From Cyanidioschyzon merolae (lineage: Eukaryota), in the NCBI GenBank assembly GCA_000091205.1, contig AP006493.2: a stretch of 64,000 nt of DNA. The stretch is one strand, 5' to 3'. The translations under genes were made by a program, and so were the position numbers. Shown here in pieces: positions 31,351-43,000 of this stretch (positions are counted from its first letter, which is position 1; each line of letters opens with the position of its first letter). The notes beneath the pieces were generated by a model. It was given only the letters and a program-made list of their open reading frames with translations, was not told the DNA's origin and did no database searches.

Positions 31351-31957
31351 GCCTTCTTCTTTCGCACTGCGAGCCGGGGCTGCGATATCAGCTGGCGTGG
31401 TGTCGTAGGCTCGGAGTGTCCTGCGTTTGTGAGCGTGCTTCGTGGTTTGGGTAAACGCTGTACGCCGGCCGATAGCGGCGCTCTTGTGGGTGTGATCGAT
31501 GACACCAAGCAGCGGCGGTATGTTGACGTGTGTGTTGGATTGCCCGGGAATGCGCTGGATGGACACGTTTCGGACGGCTGCGCTAATGGATCATAGGAAG
31601 CAGCCGCGGTATCCTGCCGTACCTTCTGGGGTGTTCTGAAAAGCACTCGATGCACACGTGTCGAACGTGCGTGCTGCTGGAGCGACACGGGTCGTACCTC
31701 AACCACACAGGCGGATAAGAGCGTCACAGGCACCTGGTCGCCATGCTACGGCACGTGTGTTTGCTCTTGAAGCCACACGAGACTGCGTGCGTGTCTCGCT
31801 CTCGGTACCTGAATGAAACTGTCGGACATGGACGTACCGCCCGCGATACACGCTCATGCGCGCATCGCCTGCTCGCAACCGAAGAAAATCAAATCCACTG
31901 CTCCTCAGTGTTTACATAATACACACGCAAAGTCAATGATGTGAGCATGTTGACAAG

Positions 31958-32920
31958 TCAGCTGCGCGCAGGTTGAAACCTATTCATCCGTGTGAAAAAT
32001 CCCCAGGTTAGATCTTGCATATCCACCCCGATTGGTGAGTAGGGGCAGGAGAGCTCGCGCTTCAGATCATCAGCAACGCTGCGACAGAGGGCATCACGTG
32101 CCTGACACCGTTCCCATGCATCTGCTGGCGGCTGATCAACGAATCTCGAATGATTCTGGAACATCGGCTCACAGGTACCTCCCTGTGAACGCTTCGCCTC
32201 ATCAACCAACACCGATTCAGGGATTTGTGTAGCCCGAGCGGATGACGCGGATCCCAAGCAAGGCTCCTCTCGTGAGGGATGCTGTCCACTGGACTCGGTG
32301 TCTGGCGAGCTGGCGGATGCGTCGGCGCGCGGCGACTCGGTTTGTTCAGGTGCGGTTGCGTCCACAACGCTCAAGCGCGGTTCTGTCGTTATCTGGTCAC
32401 GAATTGGAGATGCTTCGGCTGGCACTTTCGATGCACCCGCTTCGTCCAAAGGTGCTGGCTGGTCTACGTGAACAACCGTACCGTCCGGCACATCTTCCAC
32501 CAGTTCTGACCCGAGCACAGCGAGATGTTTCGTCACAGTGTCGACATCCCCTTGGACGGCAACGTTCGCTGCATGCTCGCTCTCTAAAACGACTGGCACC
32601 TTGGGGTCGGTGGCGGCGTCTCCCGAGTGAGCGTCCGAGCGCGCGCTCGTTCCCGGCGTGACGACGTTGAGCCAACGCTTACGATCGCTGGGCAGGTGCA
32701 CACCCGACTCTTTCGGGATCTCCCTGGTACCCAGGAGCGAGCCCAGTGCCCAGCCTTCTGCGTTGAGCTGCCGGTGAACTCGCGCAACGTCACTCTGACA
32801 GGCTGACTTGTCGAACGGAGACGCCCATCTAGGCAGTGCCTCTGTACGTATTCGGCTGCTGGGCAGCGGTCGGGGCCCTACACTGTCAAACGGAGGACGC
32901 GTCTCAGTGTCTGCTACCAT
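31958..32920 (-). CDS. Hypothetical protein with a conserved C-terminal motif (CPYSPIGVDMQDLTWG); paralog of 33531-33968
   Basis: 320-aa ORF. The C-terminal LKRELSCPYSPIGVDMQDLTWGFF matches the neighbour's LRAPYAPTGVDMTDLTWGGM. Confidence 0.5.
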   Translation of the reverse strand: MVADTETRPPFDSVGPRPLPSSRIRTEALPRWASPFDKSACQSDVARVHRQLNAEGWALGSLLGTREIPKESGVHLPSDRKRWLNVVTPGTSARSDAHSGDAATDPKVPVVLESEHAANVAVQGDVDTVTKHLAVLGSELVEDVPDGTVVHVDQPAPLDEAGASKVPAEASPIRDQITTEPRLSVVDATAPEQTESPRADASASSPDTESSGQHPSREEPCLGSASSARATQIPESVLVDEAKRSQGGTCEPMFQNHSRFVDQPPADAWERCQARDALCRSVADDLKRELSCPYSPIGVDMQDLTWGFFTRMNRFQPARS

Positions 32921-33530
32921 ACCTGCCTAGGCAGCTGACTAGATAGACAAGGTGCTACGTCGCGCGCAGAGAACCCCCGGATGCCGATGCTGCGTTCCCG
33001 TCTCGCTAGCCTCGATGCGTGACGTGGCAGCGGACAGCACCCTGGACAAAAGTTGCACGCACGACGCATCGGCGATGCGATCTGGGTGTGTGCGCAGTGC
33101 CTGCGCCTCGGCGGGTGCATGCCCTGCGCGCGTCGCTGCGGCAGCGGGAATTCGCCTGTGAACGGAACGCAGGTAGCGTGCCCAGGAACGGGTGTTTACG
33201 GAACGCTGCTTTTGGCGCTGTGCTGAATGATGTGCTATCGGGGGTCCAGCCTAAAACGGAAGATTTCCAAATGGATGTGCGTTCTTCATTCAGCGTCTCC
33301 ATCGAGTCAGGAGAGGTGGATGCTCATGGAGCCATTCCCAGGGGCCCATCGGGCGGGATAAAAATCTCATGGAGCGAGTGCAGCATCCATCTAGAGCAGG
33401 TGCGTGATCTAGAGAGGGCATGTACAACCGGGCGGGGATTTCAGCGACTGATGCATCAGGAGCCGCGTGTTCGGCTACGCTTCGTAACCTAAGCTTCTAG
33501 AAACACAAAGTTAAGCGATCAAGGCAAGGG

Positions 33531-33968
33531 CTATTCTGCCACGGTGAGGCGTCTGCGCTGCATGCCACCCCAAGTCAGATCCGTCATATCGACTCCAGTA
33601 GGCGCGTAAGGTGCACGCAGCTCCGACGTGCACGCATCGTCATAGCTGCCGTCTACTTTCACGATAAGGACATGTTTCGTCTCATGACCAGCTCGGTTGA
33701 TGGTACCGAAGTTGGACTGAATGGGAAGCTCGCGCGAGGCCTTACGAGACGGTATCAACGAGGGCCTTGCAGTCTGCTGCGTCACTTCTGCTGAGGGCGT
33801 CGAAGCTCGTACTGTTTGGACTCGAGCGCTTCCAGGCCTTGCGGGCGTATTGCGAAGGCGATTCGACGGAAAAGGCTTCGGGGGTGAGCACACCCCCAGG
33901 TCCACATAATCGTTACCTGAAGAGACCATCCCGGGAGCGAGGCAGCGAGTCGTGGTCGAAATCCTCAA
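33531..33968 (-). CDS. Hypothetical small protein sharing the C-terminal PYxPxGVDMxDLTWG motif with 31958-32920
   Basis: 145-aa ORF. C-terminal ...DDACTSELRAPYAPTGVDMTDLTWGGMQ. Confidence 0.45.
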   Translation of the reverse strand: MRISTTTRCLAPGMVSSGNDYVDLGVCSPPKPFPSNRLRNTPARPGSARVQTVRASTPSAEVTQQTARPSLIPSRKASRELPIQSNFGTINRAGHETKHVLIVKVDGSYDDACTSELRAPYAPTGVDMTDLTWGGMQRRRLTVAE

Positions 33969-34286
33969 GCGCAGAAGCTATCGAACGAACGATATGGGCG
34001 ACGGCTTCTGGCCTCACAAACGCAGACTCGGTTTCAGAAGACGACGGAACCCGTTCTGTTCAAGGATACGGAGCCAGCGCCACGAACGAGCGACAGCACC
34101 ACAACAAAAAGTCCAGTTCGAACTGCTGAGCTGCGTTTGCGAGCTCGAGACACCGTCCCTCGCTAAGCGCGATTCGAATTCGTCGACGATGCTCAAGACG
34201 TCGCTGCAGCGACGCACGAGCACGATCCCCGGCGGACAGCACGAGAGAACGTGTCTATCTAGGAACAATCTGGACTAGAACGCTAC

Positions 34287-34500
34287 GGGCAATCGACACC
34301 GGGGCCGCCGTCCGTCCATTCCTCGATCACAAGGAATTTACTGAACTATAAGGGAATTTTCTTTGAGAGAGGTCCGGCCCGATGTAGAACGCGCCAGGCA
34401 ATCGTCACGCCGAGCAGCCTTCCGTCCCTTGCTTTGCAAGAAGGAATTTACTAAACATTAAGGGAATACCTTTAGTGAGTTTCTCCCGCGATCGGTGTGA
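34287..34500. repeat. Tandem duplication (2 copies of about 110 bp) in the upstream region of the PDI-like gene
   Basis: GGCAATCG[A/T]CAC[CG]...TCC[A/G]TCC[A/C]TT...CAAG(AA)GGAATTTACT[G/A]AAC[T/A]AT[A/T]AAGGGAAT...TTT.AG.GAG recurs with period about 110 bp. Confidence 0.7.
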
Positions 34501-34819
34501 AGTGGCGCCCCAAAAGCGCATCAACGCCACTTCGCCAGCCGTTTCATCGCCAGCGCGTGACAAATCAAAATAAACGCGCGCATCCAAACATGGCATCCCG
34601 CCGTCTCAGGGCGCGCTGACTTCAAGTTTATGTTGTTTGCGTTGTGCGTCCTACTCGGTGCGCGACCGTAGTACTGGCAACAGAACACAAGCAAAACTCT
34701 CCGTAACATCCAAGTACCAGCGTCTATTGACCTTATTCTCTGTATCAGTGCTTCTATAGGATAGGTCTGGTAAGTCGTTTGTGCAACGTTCTGTTTTCTA
34801 GAACAGATCAGAGAAGAAA

Positions 34820-37654
34820 ATGTCACGCGGGGGACACTGGCGCCAGCCAGCTATCGGTTTGTGTCTATGGCTGGTGATCGGCGTTGTGCTCAGCGGTCAG
34901 ACGACAAGAGCACTGTTTCTACCGGATCTGTCTCCGACCGGCTTTCGCAACTACATCGAGAATCGCGGCAACGACACGATTGCCGCTGTCAAAGTTTATG
35001 CGCCCTGGTGCCACCACTGCCAGGATATGGAAGACGATTGGAATATCCTCGGTAATATCTTCGCAGACTTGTCGAACGTGGTCATCGCCAGCATCAACGG
35101 CGACAAGCATGTGAAACTTCGCGAGTCTCTGGGTGTGACAGGCTATCCCACGATATTCCTCTATGACAAGGGAGCGGAGAAGCCACGTGACTGGAAGTAC
35201 GCTCGCAACTGGGGTCTCCTGGCCATGGAGATGAAGCGAATGGCACAGGAGGCCGGCGGCAGCACCGCCAGCGAAGTCGAATCCGTCGCTATACCGCAGT
35301 CGCCCACGTTGCTCACGGAGTATCGAGCGCGCTATGCCCGAGTGACGAAACAGTCGCCGATCATCAAGCTGGATGAGAAGTCGCTGACGGCAGTGGCATT
35401 CGATCGCAGTCGCGACGTTGTGCTGGCGGTTACGAAACAAGGCGCTCCCCAGATGTCCTCGTTCATGAAAGCGTTTGCGGAAGCGGGGACGTCTTTTGTG
35501 GTAGCTGGTCATTCGCCGAACGAAATCGTGTTTGCCGAAGTCGATGCCGCGACCTACAATCAAATCCAGGAAAAGGAGAAATTGCCTCCTTTGAAATCAG
35601 CACCTGCTGTGCTGTTCCTGCCACAGGGTCCCGACAAGAGAACCAAGATCGACACACTCGTGAGCGACGCTGGAGCAGCCTCGAAGATGACCGCTGCTGC
35701 GCTCATCGATCTCGTTAACGCGAAGGCCGGTACAGAGATCACAGTCGGGGGCGCACTGCACCCGCAAGCTGGCCGCATTCCGCAGCTAGACAGCATCATA
35801 GCAGCGTGCTTCAACGACGCTGCGTTTCGAGCAAAGTACCCCAGTTATGATGAGGCGCGCCGCGCAAACTTCAGTGGCGTAAGTGACCTCATCAAACAGA
35901 CCGACCAAAAGTTGGAGGATAAGGTTTACGAACTCTCTGGAGATGGAACGCTTTCAGCGGTGCAAGGAAACTTTTATCTGAAGACGTTCGAAAAGTTTGT
36001 GGATCCAACATCGGAAGGCCTCAAAGAGATCGTTCAAATGATCGGCAGATACGAACACACACTGGAAGAGGCGCCCCTGAAAAAGTCCATGCAGGCATCG
36101 CATTTGCGCGAGTTCGCTCGAATGCGGAACCTGATGCGCATTTTCGAAGAACACTCCGAGGAGCTGCGCCAAGAAGTCGAAAAGCTCACTCGTCGAGTGA
36201 AGTCGCTAGTAGCAGACTCAGTGACGATCGACATTCTCGATGACAAGTTCCGCGGCGATGACGAGACTCGCGAGCGCTTCGCCGAGCGAGTTCGCACGCT
36301 CAGCGAGGCCCGCGCCGAGGCACTCGCGGCGGCCTCGCGTGGACAGCCGTACAGAGCTCGCGAGGCGGTCGTCGCTCAGGCAGTTGCAGGCATTCGCGAC
36401 AAGCACGTCTGGGTCGTTCCAAAAGGCAGCATCATTCCGAACGAGGTGGTCTTCAAAGTTGCTGAGCAAAAGCTCCCCGACCTCGTCGTTGTGCTGGGCC
36501 CGGCCGCACAAGAGCAGGCCCCCCAAAAGCCCGCATTTTATTCGAAACATGATAAGATGTCGTCAGGGCCGAACGCTGCACCCGCAGAGCCGCTCGAGTA
36601 CACCGAGAATGCAACCGACCTCGCAACAGTCACCCGTTACCTTGAGCGAGCGATGCTGCCGCCGCCACCGAGCAGCGTTGTTGAGCTCACCGACAAGACT
36701 TTTGCAAAAGTCGCTCTCGATAAGGGCAAGACTGTGATGGTGGCGTTTGTGGCCAGCTGGTGTGGCCACTGCAAGCGTCTCAAGCCCGAGTACGAAAAAG
36801 CGGCTGCGATTATTGGGCGCAGGGGTCTGGATCCCGACCGAGTCGTCATGGCAATGATCGATGCGGACAAGTACGACCGCATTCGCGACGAATACGCCAT
36901 CCAGGGTTTCCCGACGATCAAGCTCTTCCACGCCAGCGACAATCTGGTGGAAGACTACCAGGGAGGTCGCTCCGCAGCCGAACTGCTCTCCTATCTTGAA
37001 TCCAAGGCCCAAGAAGACGCAAGCGGCAAGCGTCTACAGACTGTTGACGACGAGTCGAAAGGCGGACGCAAATTCGTCCAGGAGCTGACACCCGAAACCC
37101 TGGACGCTCTGCTGGAGCAACCCGACAAAGCGGTGCTGCTCATGCTGTACGCTCCATGGTGTGGCGCCTGTCAGCGCCTCAAGGCCTCCTACGAGAAACT
37201 CGCGGAATACTTTGCTTCGCGTCGCGAGGATGTGGTGATCGCCCGTCTCGATGCCGACAAGCATGCGTCGGAGGTCGAGCAACGCATCAAGATCGAACAC
37301 TACCCGACGTTCCGCTTCTGGCGCAAGGGCGGTCCAGAGAAACGGGCTATGGATGAATCACTCGATGAGCTGCGTTACGACGTGGACCTGGTCGCGCTAC
37401 GCCACTTTGTAGAGGAACACGCTGGTACACCCAAACCGGTACCGCTGGGGAGACGTATTTTCAGGCGGCTGCTCACCAGCGCCAGCGACCTGCTCGGGTA
37501 CCTGTCGCACCGGATGCCGTTCCAGGTGACGACGCCCTGGTACCTCGCGATGCTATCGCTATCAACCGTGTTCTTGGTGTACGGTCTGATTCGCGTGCTT
37601 CCGACTCGTGCTCGCAAACGAGCGTTGCACACATCAACGAAGAAGACCGAGTAA
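34820..37654 (+). CDS. Membrane-anchored protein disulfide isomerase-like protein with three thioredoxin domains (active sites CHHC, CGHC, CGAC), an N-terminal signal peptide and a C-terminal TM helix
   Basis: VKVYAPWCHHCQDM...GYPTIFLY; VAFVASWCGHCKRLKPEYEKAA...GFPTIKLF; LMLYAPWCGACQRLKASYEKLA...HYPTFRFW; C-terminal WYLAMLSLSTVFLVYGLIRVLP. 944-aa uninterrupted ORF. Confidence 0.85.
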   Translation: MSRGGHWRQPAIGLCLWLVIGVVLSGQTTRALFLPDLSPTGFRNYIENRGNDTIAAVKVYAPWCHHCQDMEDDWNILGNIFADLSNVVIASINGDKHVKLRESLGVTGYPTIFLYDKGAEKPRDWKYARNWGLLAMEMKRMAQEAGGSTASEVESVAIPQSPTLLTEYRARYARVTKQSPIIKLDEKSLTAVAFDRSRDVVLAVTKQGAPQMSSFMKAFAEAGTSFVVAGHSPNEIVFAEVDAATYNQIQEKEKLPPLKSAPAVLFLPQGPDKRTKIDTLVSDAGAASKMTAAALIDLVNAKAGTEITVGGALHPQAGRIPQLDSIIAACFNDAAFRAKYPSYDEARRANFSGVSDLIKQTDQKLEDKVYELSGDGTLSAVQGNFYLKTFEKFVDPTSEGLKEIVQMIGRYEHTLEEAPLKKSMQASHLREFARMRNLMRIFEEHSEELRQEVEKLTRRVKSLVADSVTIDILDDKFRGDDETRERFAERVRTLSEARAEALAAASRGQPYRAREAVVAQAVAGIRDKHVWVVPKGSIIPNEVVFKVAEQKLPDLVVVLGPAAQEQAPQKPAFYSKHDKMSSGPNAAPAEPLEYTENATDLATVTRYLERAMLPPPPSSVVELTDKTFAKVALDKGKTVMVAFVASWCGHCKRLKPEYEKAAAIIGRRGLDPDRVVMAMIDADKYDRIRDEYAIQGFPTIKLFHASDNLVEDYQGGRSAAELLSYLESKAQEDASGKRLQTVDDESKGGRKFVQELTPETLDALLEQPDKAVLLMLYAPWCGACQRLKASYEKLAEYFASRREDVVIARLDADKHASEVEQRIKIEHYPTFRFWRKGGPEKRAMDESLDELRYDVDLVALRHFVEEHAGTPKPVPLGRRIFRRLLTSASDLLGYLSHRMPFQVTTPWYLAMLSLSTVFLVYGLIRVLPTRARKRALHTSTKKTE

Positions 37655-38117
37655 GCACATTCGAAGCGTAACGTCAGGTTGTAGCGATCGAGGAAGCAAG
37701 TGCCCAGGCGTTCCTGAGCTGTCCTCGCAGCACCGTTTGTCGACTGGTACGCACCGCGTCCAGTTCAGGTGTCTGCTGCCGTGGCGAACAGAGTTGCGCT
37801 GCTTGTTGCGGTGGCAGCGGCAGGCGCTTGTCAGCATCTGGATTGTCCTCGACTCGGAGTCATCGAGCGTTTATAAAGGATCCTGAACCGAGACTGCACA
37901 TTTTCGAACACGACCTAGGCGGCAGCTTGCACTGCACAACACATACTCCGATACACATTCATTCGTTCATGTATTCATTCGTGGGGTGCGTTTTGCGTGA
38001 TTCACGGCATTCGTAGACGATCCGTATCAACCTGTCGTGGAGAGGTTTCCAATCAAGTCACGCCACGCATCAGACCGCTGAAGGGCGACTGGCCTGGACG
38101 ACACTGCGCGTTCTTTT

Positions 38118-39341
38118 CTAGACCAGCACTTGAACACCGCGATACCGAAAATGGGGTTTGGGCGGAAACGTACACCCCGGCTGGCGGATGACAACGTTTG
38201 CCGCATAGTTGCCTGCTGCAACGCACTCCACAATCGGTCGACCGAGTGCCATCATGGCCAGGAAGCCACCCACAAACGCATCACCCGCCCCATTGGTATC
38301 GACAACGTCGTTGTCGGGGCAGGGAATCACGCCGTATTCGCTGGTGCTCCATAGCCGTTCACCATCACCAATGACAAGGACAATGGGATCGGCACCGCAG
38401 GTAAAAACGACGGTGCGAGGTCGACTCGTCCGTTTTGGAGTTTTCGTCGCCAGTGCAGTGGCAACCTCAAACAGTTGCGCTCGAGTCAGGGCCTCGCAGG
38501 CAGCATCGTCGATGAGACCCATGCGTTTCGCGAGCGCACACGCCTCGGTTTCGTTCCCAAAATACACATCGACAAACGGTTGCACTGCACAAAAGTGATT
38601 CCAGTACTCTGGCACCTGTAGTAGAAACGGTGCCGATAGGTTCATGCAGAACGTTTTGTCGGCGTTTTGAGCAACGTGTTCACCGATGGCTAGCGCAGAC
38701 TCCACCGAAACCGTGAGAAAGAATCCCGCGATATAGAATAGCTTTGCTGCTTCCACGAGCTGCCATTGGTCCGGGTGCCGCAGGTGCTCTATTTTGTAGG
38801 TGTTGGCTGCGCCAAGATCAGCGACCAATGATCGACACTGACCGTTACTGGTGACCAGCACTGCACACGTGCCGGTGGGCTCGTGCTCGTCCACCCGGTA
38901 CTGCACGTGCACGCCGTCTCGACGAGCGGCTTGTCGCATCCGTTCCGCAAAATCGTCGTTGCCCACCGCGCCGAAGTAGGCCGTGCTTCCAGGCCGCTGG
39001 AGCATCCACTGCGCAACCCGAATGGCGTTCTGGGTTGCACCACCTGCGACATAGTCGGCTGCATAGGCGTCTCGTAGTTCGCGAACGAGCGGCCGGTGTC
39101 GTTGTTCAGCCAGGATCGCGTTATTCGGCTCCAGTCCGTACTTGGTGAGCAGGGTGTCAGGAACCGAAGCGGAAACGTCAAGAAGGGGATTCCCCATCCC
39201 GAGAATGCGCACGGTGTCACGAATGCCCATTAGAGAAGCGAGTCGACGTCGGACGAGTTGCCAAGGTCGAATAAACGCCGCAGCGCTGTAGTCGAGGCCG
39301 CCGCAGCCGCCAAACCACCGCCACATGGCAAGCGCAAGCAT
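38118..39341 (-). CDS. ADK: Adenosine kinase (PfkB/ribokinase family) with a short N-terminal extension
   Basis: ILGMGNPLLDVSA...YVAGGATQNAIRVAQWMLQ...YFGAVGNDDFAERM...EPTGTCAVLVT...YIAGFFLTVS...FGNETEA...DTNGAGDAFVGGFL...AGNYAANVVIRQPGCTFPPKPHF aligns throughout with human ADK. Ends in TAG. Confidence 0.9.
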   Translation of the reverse strand: MLALAMWRWFGGCGGLDYSAAAFIRPWQLVRRRLASLMGIRDTVRILGMGNPLLDVSASVPDTLLTKYGLEPNNAILAEQRHRPLVRELRDAYAADYVAGGATQNAIRVAQWMLQRPGSTAYFGAVGNDDFAERMRQAARRDGVHVQYRVDEHEPTGTCAVLVTSNGQCRSLVADLGAANTYKIEHLRHPDQWQLVEAAKLFYIAGFFLTVSVESALAIGEHVAQNADKTFCMNLSAPFLLQVPEYWNHFCAVQPFVDVYFGNETEACALAKRMGLIDDAACEALTRAQLFEVATALATKTPKRTSRPRTVVFTCGADPIVLVIGDGERLWSTSEYGVIPCPDNDVVDTNGAGDAFVGGFLAMMALGRPIVECVAAGNYAANVVIRQPGCTFPPKPHFRYRGVQVLV

Positions 39342-40045
39342 CTTCGTGTCAACGCAGATTCACTTCATGAATGCATCGATTCCTCCTTGTCGCAAAGCGA
39401 CAGCTTGCCCAGCACGAACCATGCATCGATTGATCAATGCATAATAGATGAAGCAGTGTCCAGCGCATCACCCAGGCTCGTGTCCATTCCCTAGATAGCG
39501 CTGCGATCGACGACAACAACCGCTCTAGACCGTCATGATGATCTAGAGGGAGCAAGCGCGCTCGTAGCTGCTCGTAACGACGGCATCACAAAGCTGTGTG
39601 CATTCGTGGGCGATTTGGCAGCGAGCGTTCGCAACTTGTTGATCTGCAACTGACGTGCGCTTGACGCTTATCATGGACCAGTGCGCGACCACCAGTGATA
39701 TCTTTATTGTGGGTATTGCGGAGCGAGCAGCTCCCGCTCGTTGTCTCGGACGCACGCGTTCCGTGATGCGCTCCTCATCGCCCTGTCCGCTGTTCGCACA
39801 GGCGCTACTTGTTCGCCTGGCGTCGACGCGGCGAACATGCAGGCGCAGACGTGCCATGTACGGCACCGTTCGCACCGCGCACATCCCATATGTCACGCGC
39901 AATGCGACCAGTGCCCAGCGATAAACGCCATGAGAGGGTCGTATTCGCGCGCACCTTGACACATCGTCGAGGTGCGCGCGAATACGTTTCGGTACTTTCA
40001 CTGAGGATAGCGCCCGACGACGACAAGCACTGACGATCAAGCCAA

Positions 40046-43000
40046 CTACCCAGTCCCGGGAGGCAACGACTCGCCCGACAGACGCTCGATCTGGTGCTGC
40101 ATATACGAGAGCCGACGGAGCCAGGGCTCCTCCTCAGAGCCGATCGCAAGACCTGCTGCTGAAGCCAGCGGTATCGTGGACCCATGCGCAGGTGCCGATG
40201 ATACGGAGCTCGTCGCCATGCTGCTGCGATAACCTGCGATAGCGCGGCATCCACAGAGCGTATCCGCATGAATAGCGGCAAGTCGCAGCAGGAACGCAGC
40301 TGCTCCCGTTCCGCACACCATGCACGGTCCGGGTACGCGCCACGGACCGCTGCGAGGCATACCGCTCCGGTGCCAGTGCGCTTCGGCAAGGAAGAGTGAC
40401 GATTCGGTACCATCGGCGGCTTCGTTGGTGTTTCCGTCCCTAGTGGAAAGCGGGGCGATCGTAAAGTGCACCGAATTGAATGCACCAGGCAAGACATCGG
40501 GCGTCGCAGCGATCCGAGCCTCGGTTCGTCGCGCACACCAAAAGATCTTGACGTGATCGTTCCCGACGTGGCGCTTCTTCCGAATCAGGCTTTTGCGCTC
40601 CGAGGAGGATCCTCTGGTCGCTGCCGCGAAGCGAACAGCAGGATTTGTTGGTGTCCCAGCTGGCTCCGGAACTGAGTTGCCAGGATCCGTGGCGAGTCGA
40701 GCTCCTTCCGTTCCGAGCTCAGCGGGCATCAGGGTAGTGGTGTGGAAGATAAGCTGTGTAGCGGCGTCGCGATAGTAGAGTGCAAAGGCACCGTCCGCTT
40801 GGCGCTCGCTGTAATCGAGCCCGCCGGTGTAGCCAAACATCCAGTGGTCCGTGAGTCTCAGGAAAACGCCAAGATTCGTACAGAAATCGTCGTACTGCGA
40901 ATCGCCGGCGACGTTTGCAAGAATCTCGGACTCTGTCTGCTGACCTGTGCCCACGTACATCAGACCTATACGATGAATATCCTCTGGTGGCATGCGATCG
41001 AGCACCTGCCAGACCTGTCGATCGAGTACAAGGCGTCGCCACGCTTCCAGTGGCTGCCTGTGCATGAACTGGGCGAGGACGCCCCGCAGATGTGCATCGA
41101 GTTTTTTCTCAACGGCGGAGTCGACAAGCTCCGGACCATTGGGGCTTTTCTCAGTCGGTATAGCGTTGTCAACAACAGCAACACCACCGCCACCAACAAC
41201 AACAGATGATGATAATGATGATGATGATGATGGAGCCGGCTGTTCCGCTGCGAACGGTAATCGAACGGACGACCGATCCGTCGACGCCGCTGCCGTGCCC
41301 TCCACCTGGACCCTTCGAGGCGCTTCTGCAAAAGTTGCGGCCCGGGCACTCGAGGACTCGGTCGCGTATCGTCGCTCGGGATACCAAGTCCAGGGCGGTT
41401 CGTGCAGCCTCAATTGCATTCGGCTGGATCCGGTCACTCTTCGTATCGCCAGGGTCAATTCGTATCCGTTGCGATAGGCGTTGATCACGACGGGAAGTGC
41501 GTCGGTGCCCGCCAGCGCCCAGCTGGCTACCAAAGGAGCCTGTTGTAGCGCCTTGTCCAGAAGCGTACTCGGTCCGCGGTCAACGAGACGAACGCCGCCG
41601 AAGCAGTATGTGAATTCAGCGGCAACTGCGGCGAACAGGGTGCAACCATGTTTTCGGCAGCGCTCTTCCAGGGCCTCCAGATACGGCCGCAATACGGTGA
41701 CATCGTGAACCAGCGAAGCCCAGTTGCACCATGCGCTCATCGCGAGGCGCCGTAGCTGGGCGCCCTGGCTCTGAGCGACTGCTGGTGACGCACCTTGGAG
41801 ACTAGCGCCAGTGGGTGCAAACAAAGGCACCAACGTAATCACGATGCTGAAGGCGATATGCGCATAGGTTGCGTTCCGTCGCGTCGCCAGACCCGCAACG
41901 ACACCGCCGTCCACACCGATGGAGGCCGTCTCGAACGCCGCCAGCAGGCCGACATCCGCCGGGCCGGAGCCCGACTCGGGGTCAGCGCCAGCGCTCTGAA
42001 CGCCATCGGCGTAACGCACGCGAGGAGACAGCGCAGCCTGCATCGCCACATCACTGCAAACAAACGAGCCCGTCTCTGGTGCAGTCGCCTGAGCGCTCGG
42101 AACCAACTCCCGAAAACATAGCGCCACGCCATGAAGGCTCTCCAGGATCGCTGCCGCCTCATTCACGCAGTCCGCCAGGTGACGAGCATGCTCTACGCAT
42201 GTGCGTGGCCGCTCGCCCGACACGGCGACCAGACGCCCCGCAAAGACCTGCAGCGCGACCAAATACGCCGCAGTGATCGACTGTAAAGCCACCGTCGGCT
42301 CGCGGTCTTTGGCCATGCACCAGCCCTGTACCAGAAGACGCAGTGTGAAATCCAGCATGGGGGGATACAGAGGCAGACGCTCGGCTTCCGCCACAAGCCA
42401 ATACAACTCTGCGATCACCATATCCAGAAGGTGCTCTATGTGCTGCGCCCACGACATTGGTGCGCTGCGGGCCAGCTCTCGTAACGTTATCGCAGCCAAT
42501 ACCTCGAGCGCAAGATGGCGCGCCGCCAAGCTCAGATAGCTACCAGATTTGTCGGTGGCGAGCTTCCGCGAGCGCTCGAGCCACTGACCCAGCAGGTCGT
42601 AGGTCTGCAGCGCCGGCACCAGCGCAATCGGCCCGAAACCCGGGTCCGTGACCAAATGCACAAGACAAGCCATAATGCTCTCCAGTTCGGGGGGTTGGAA
42701 AGCTTCTGTAGTACCGTCGACTGCCGGCGGTGCTGCCGTTGCATACGCTGCGTCGTCCATGGTAGAATGCAGAAGCCTCCCGAGCAGGTGATGGTACCAG
42801 GCTGCGACAGGAACGAGTACACCAGCTCCGAACACGTCCGTATGCGCAGGAATCGTAGGCTTCACCGAGGGTTGATCAGCGGGAGCGGATGATTCGCCTG
42901 TTGCCGGTGCTGGTGCATCGCTTCCGTCTGCGTGGCGCTCCAGCGCCTCGCCCGTTCGCGCTGATACCGACGCGCCCCGCGTGCGCTCGGTGCGACACCA

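Noticed and set aside
39543-40040. ORF 39543-40040(-) 165 aa between the ADK and TSC2 genes
   Set aside because: It is Arg-rich with no similarity and sits in a short head-to-tail intergenic or promoter region. It is probably spurious.
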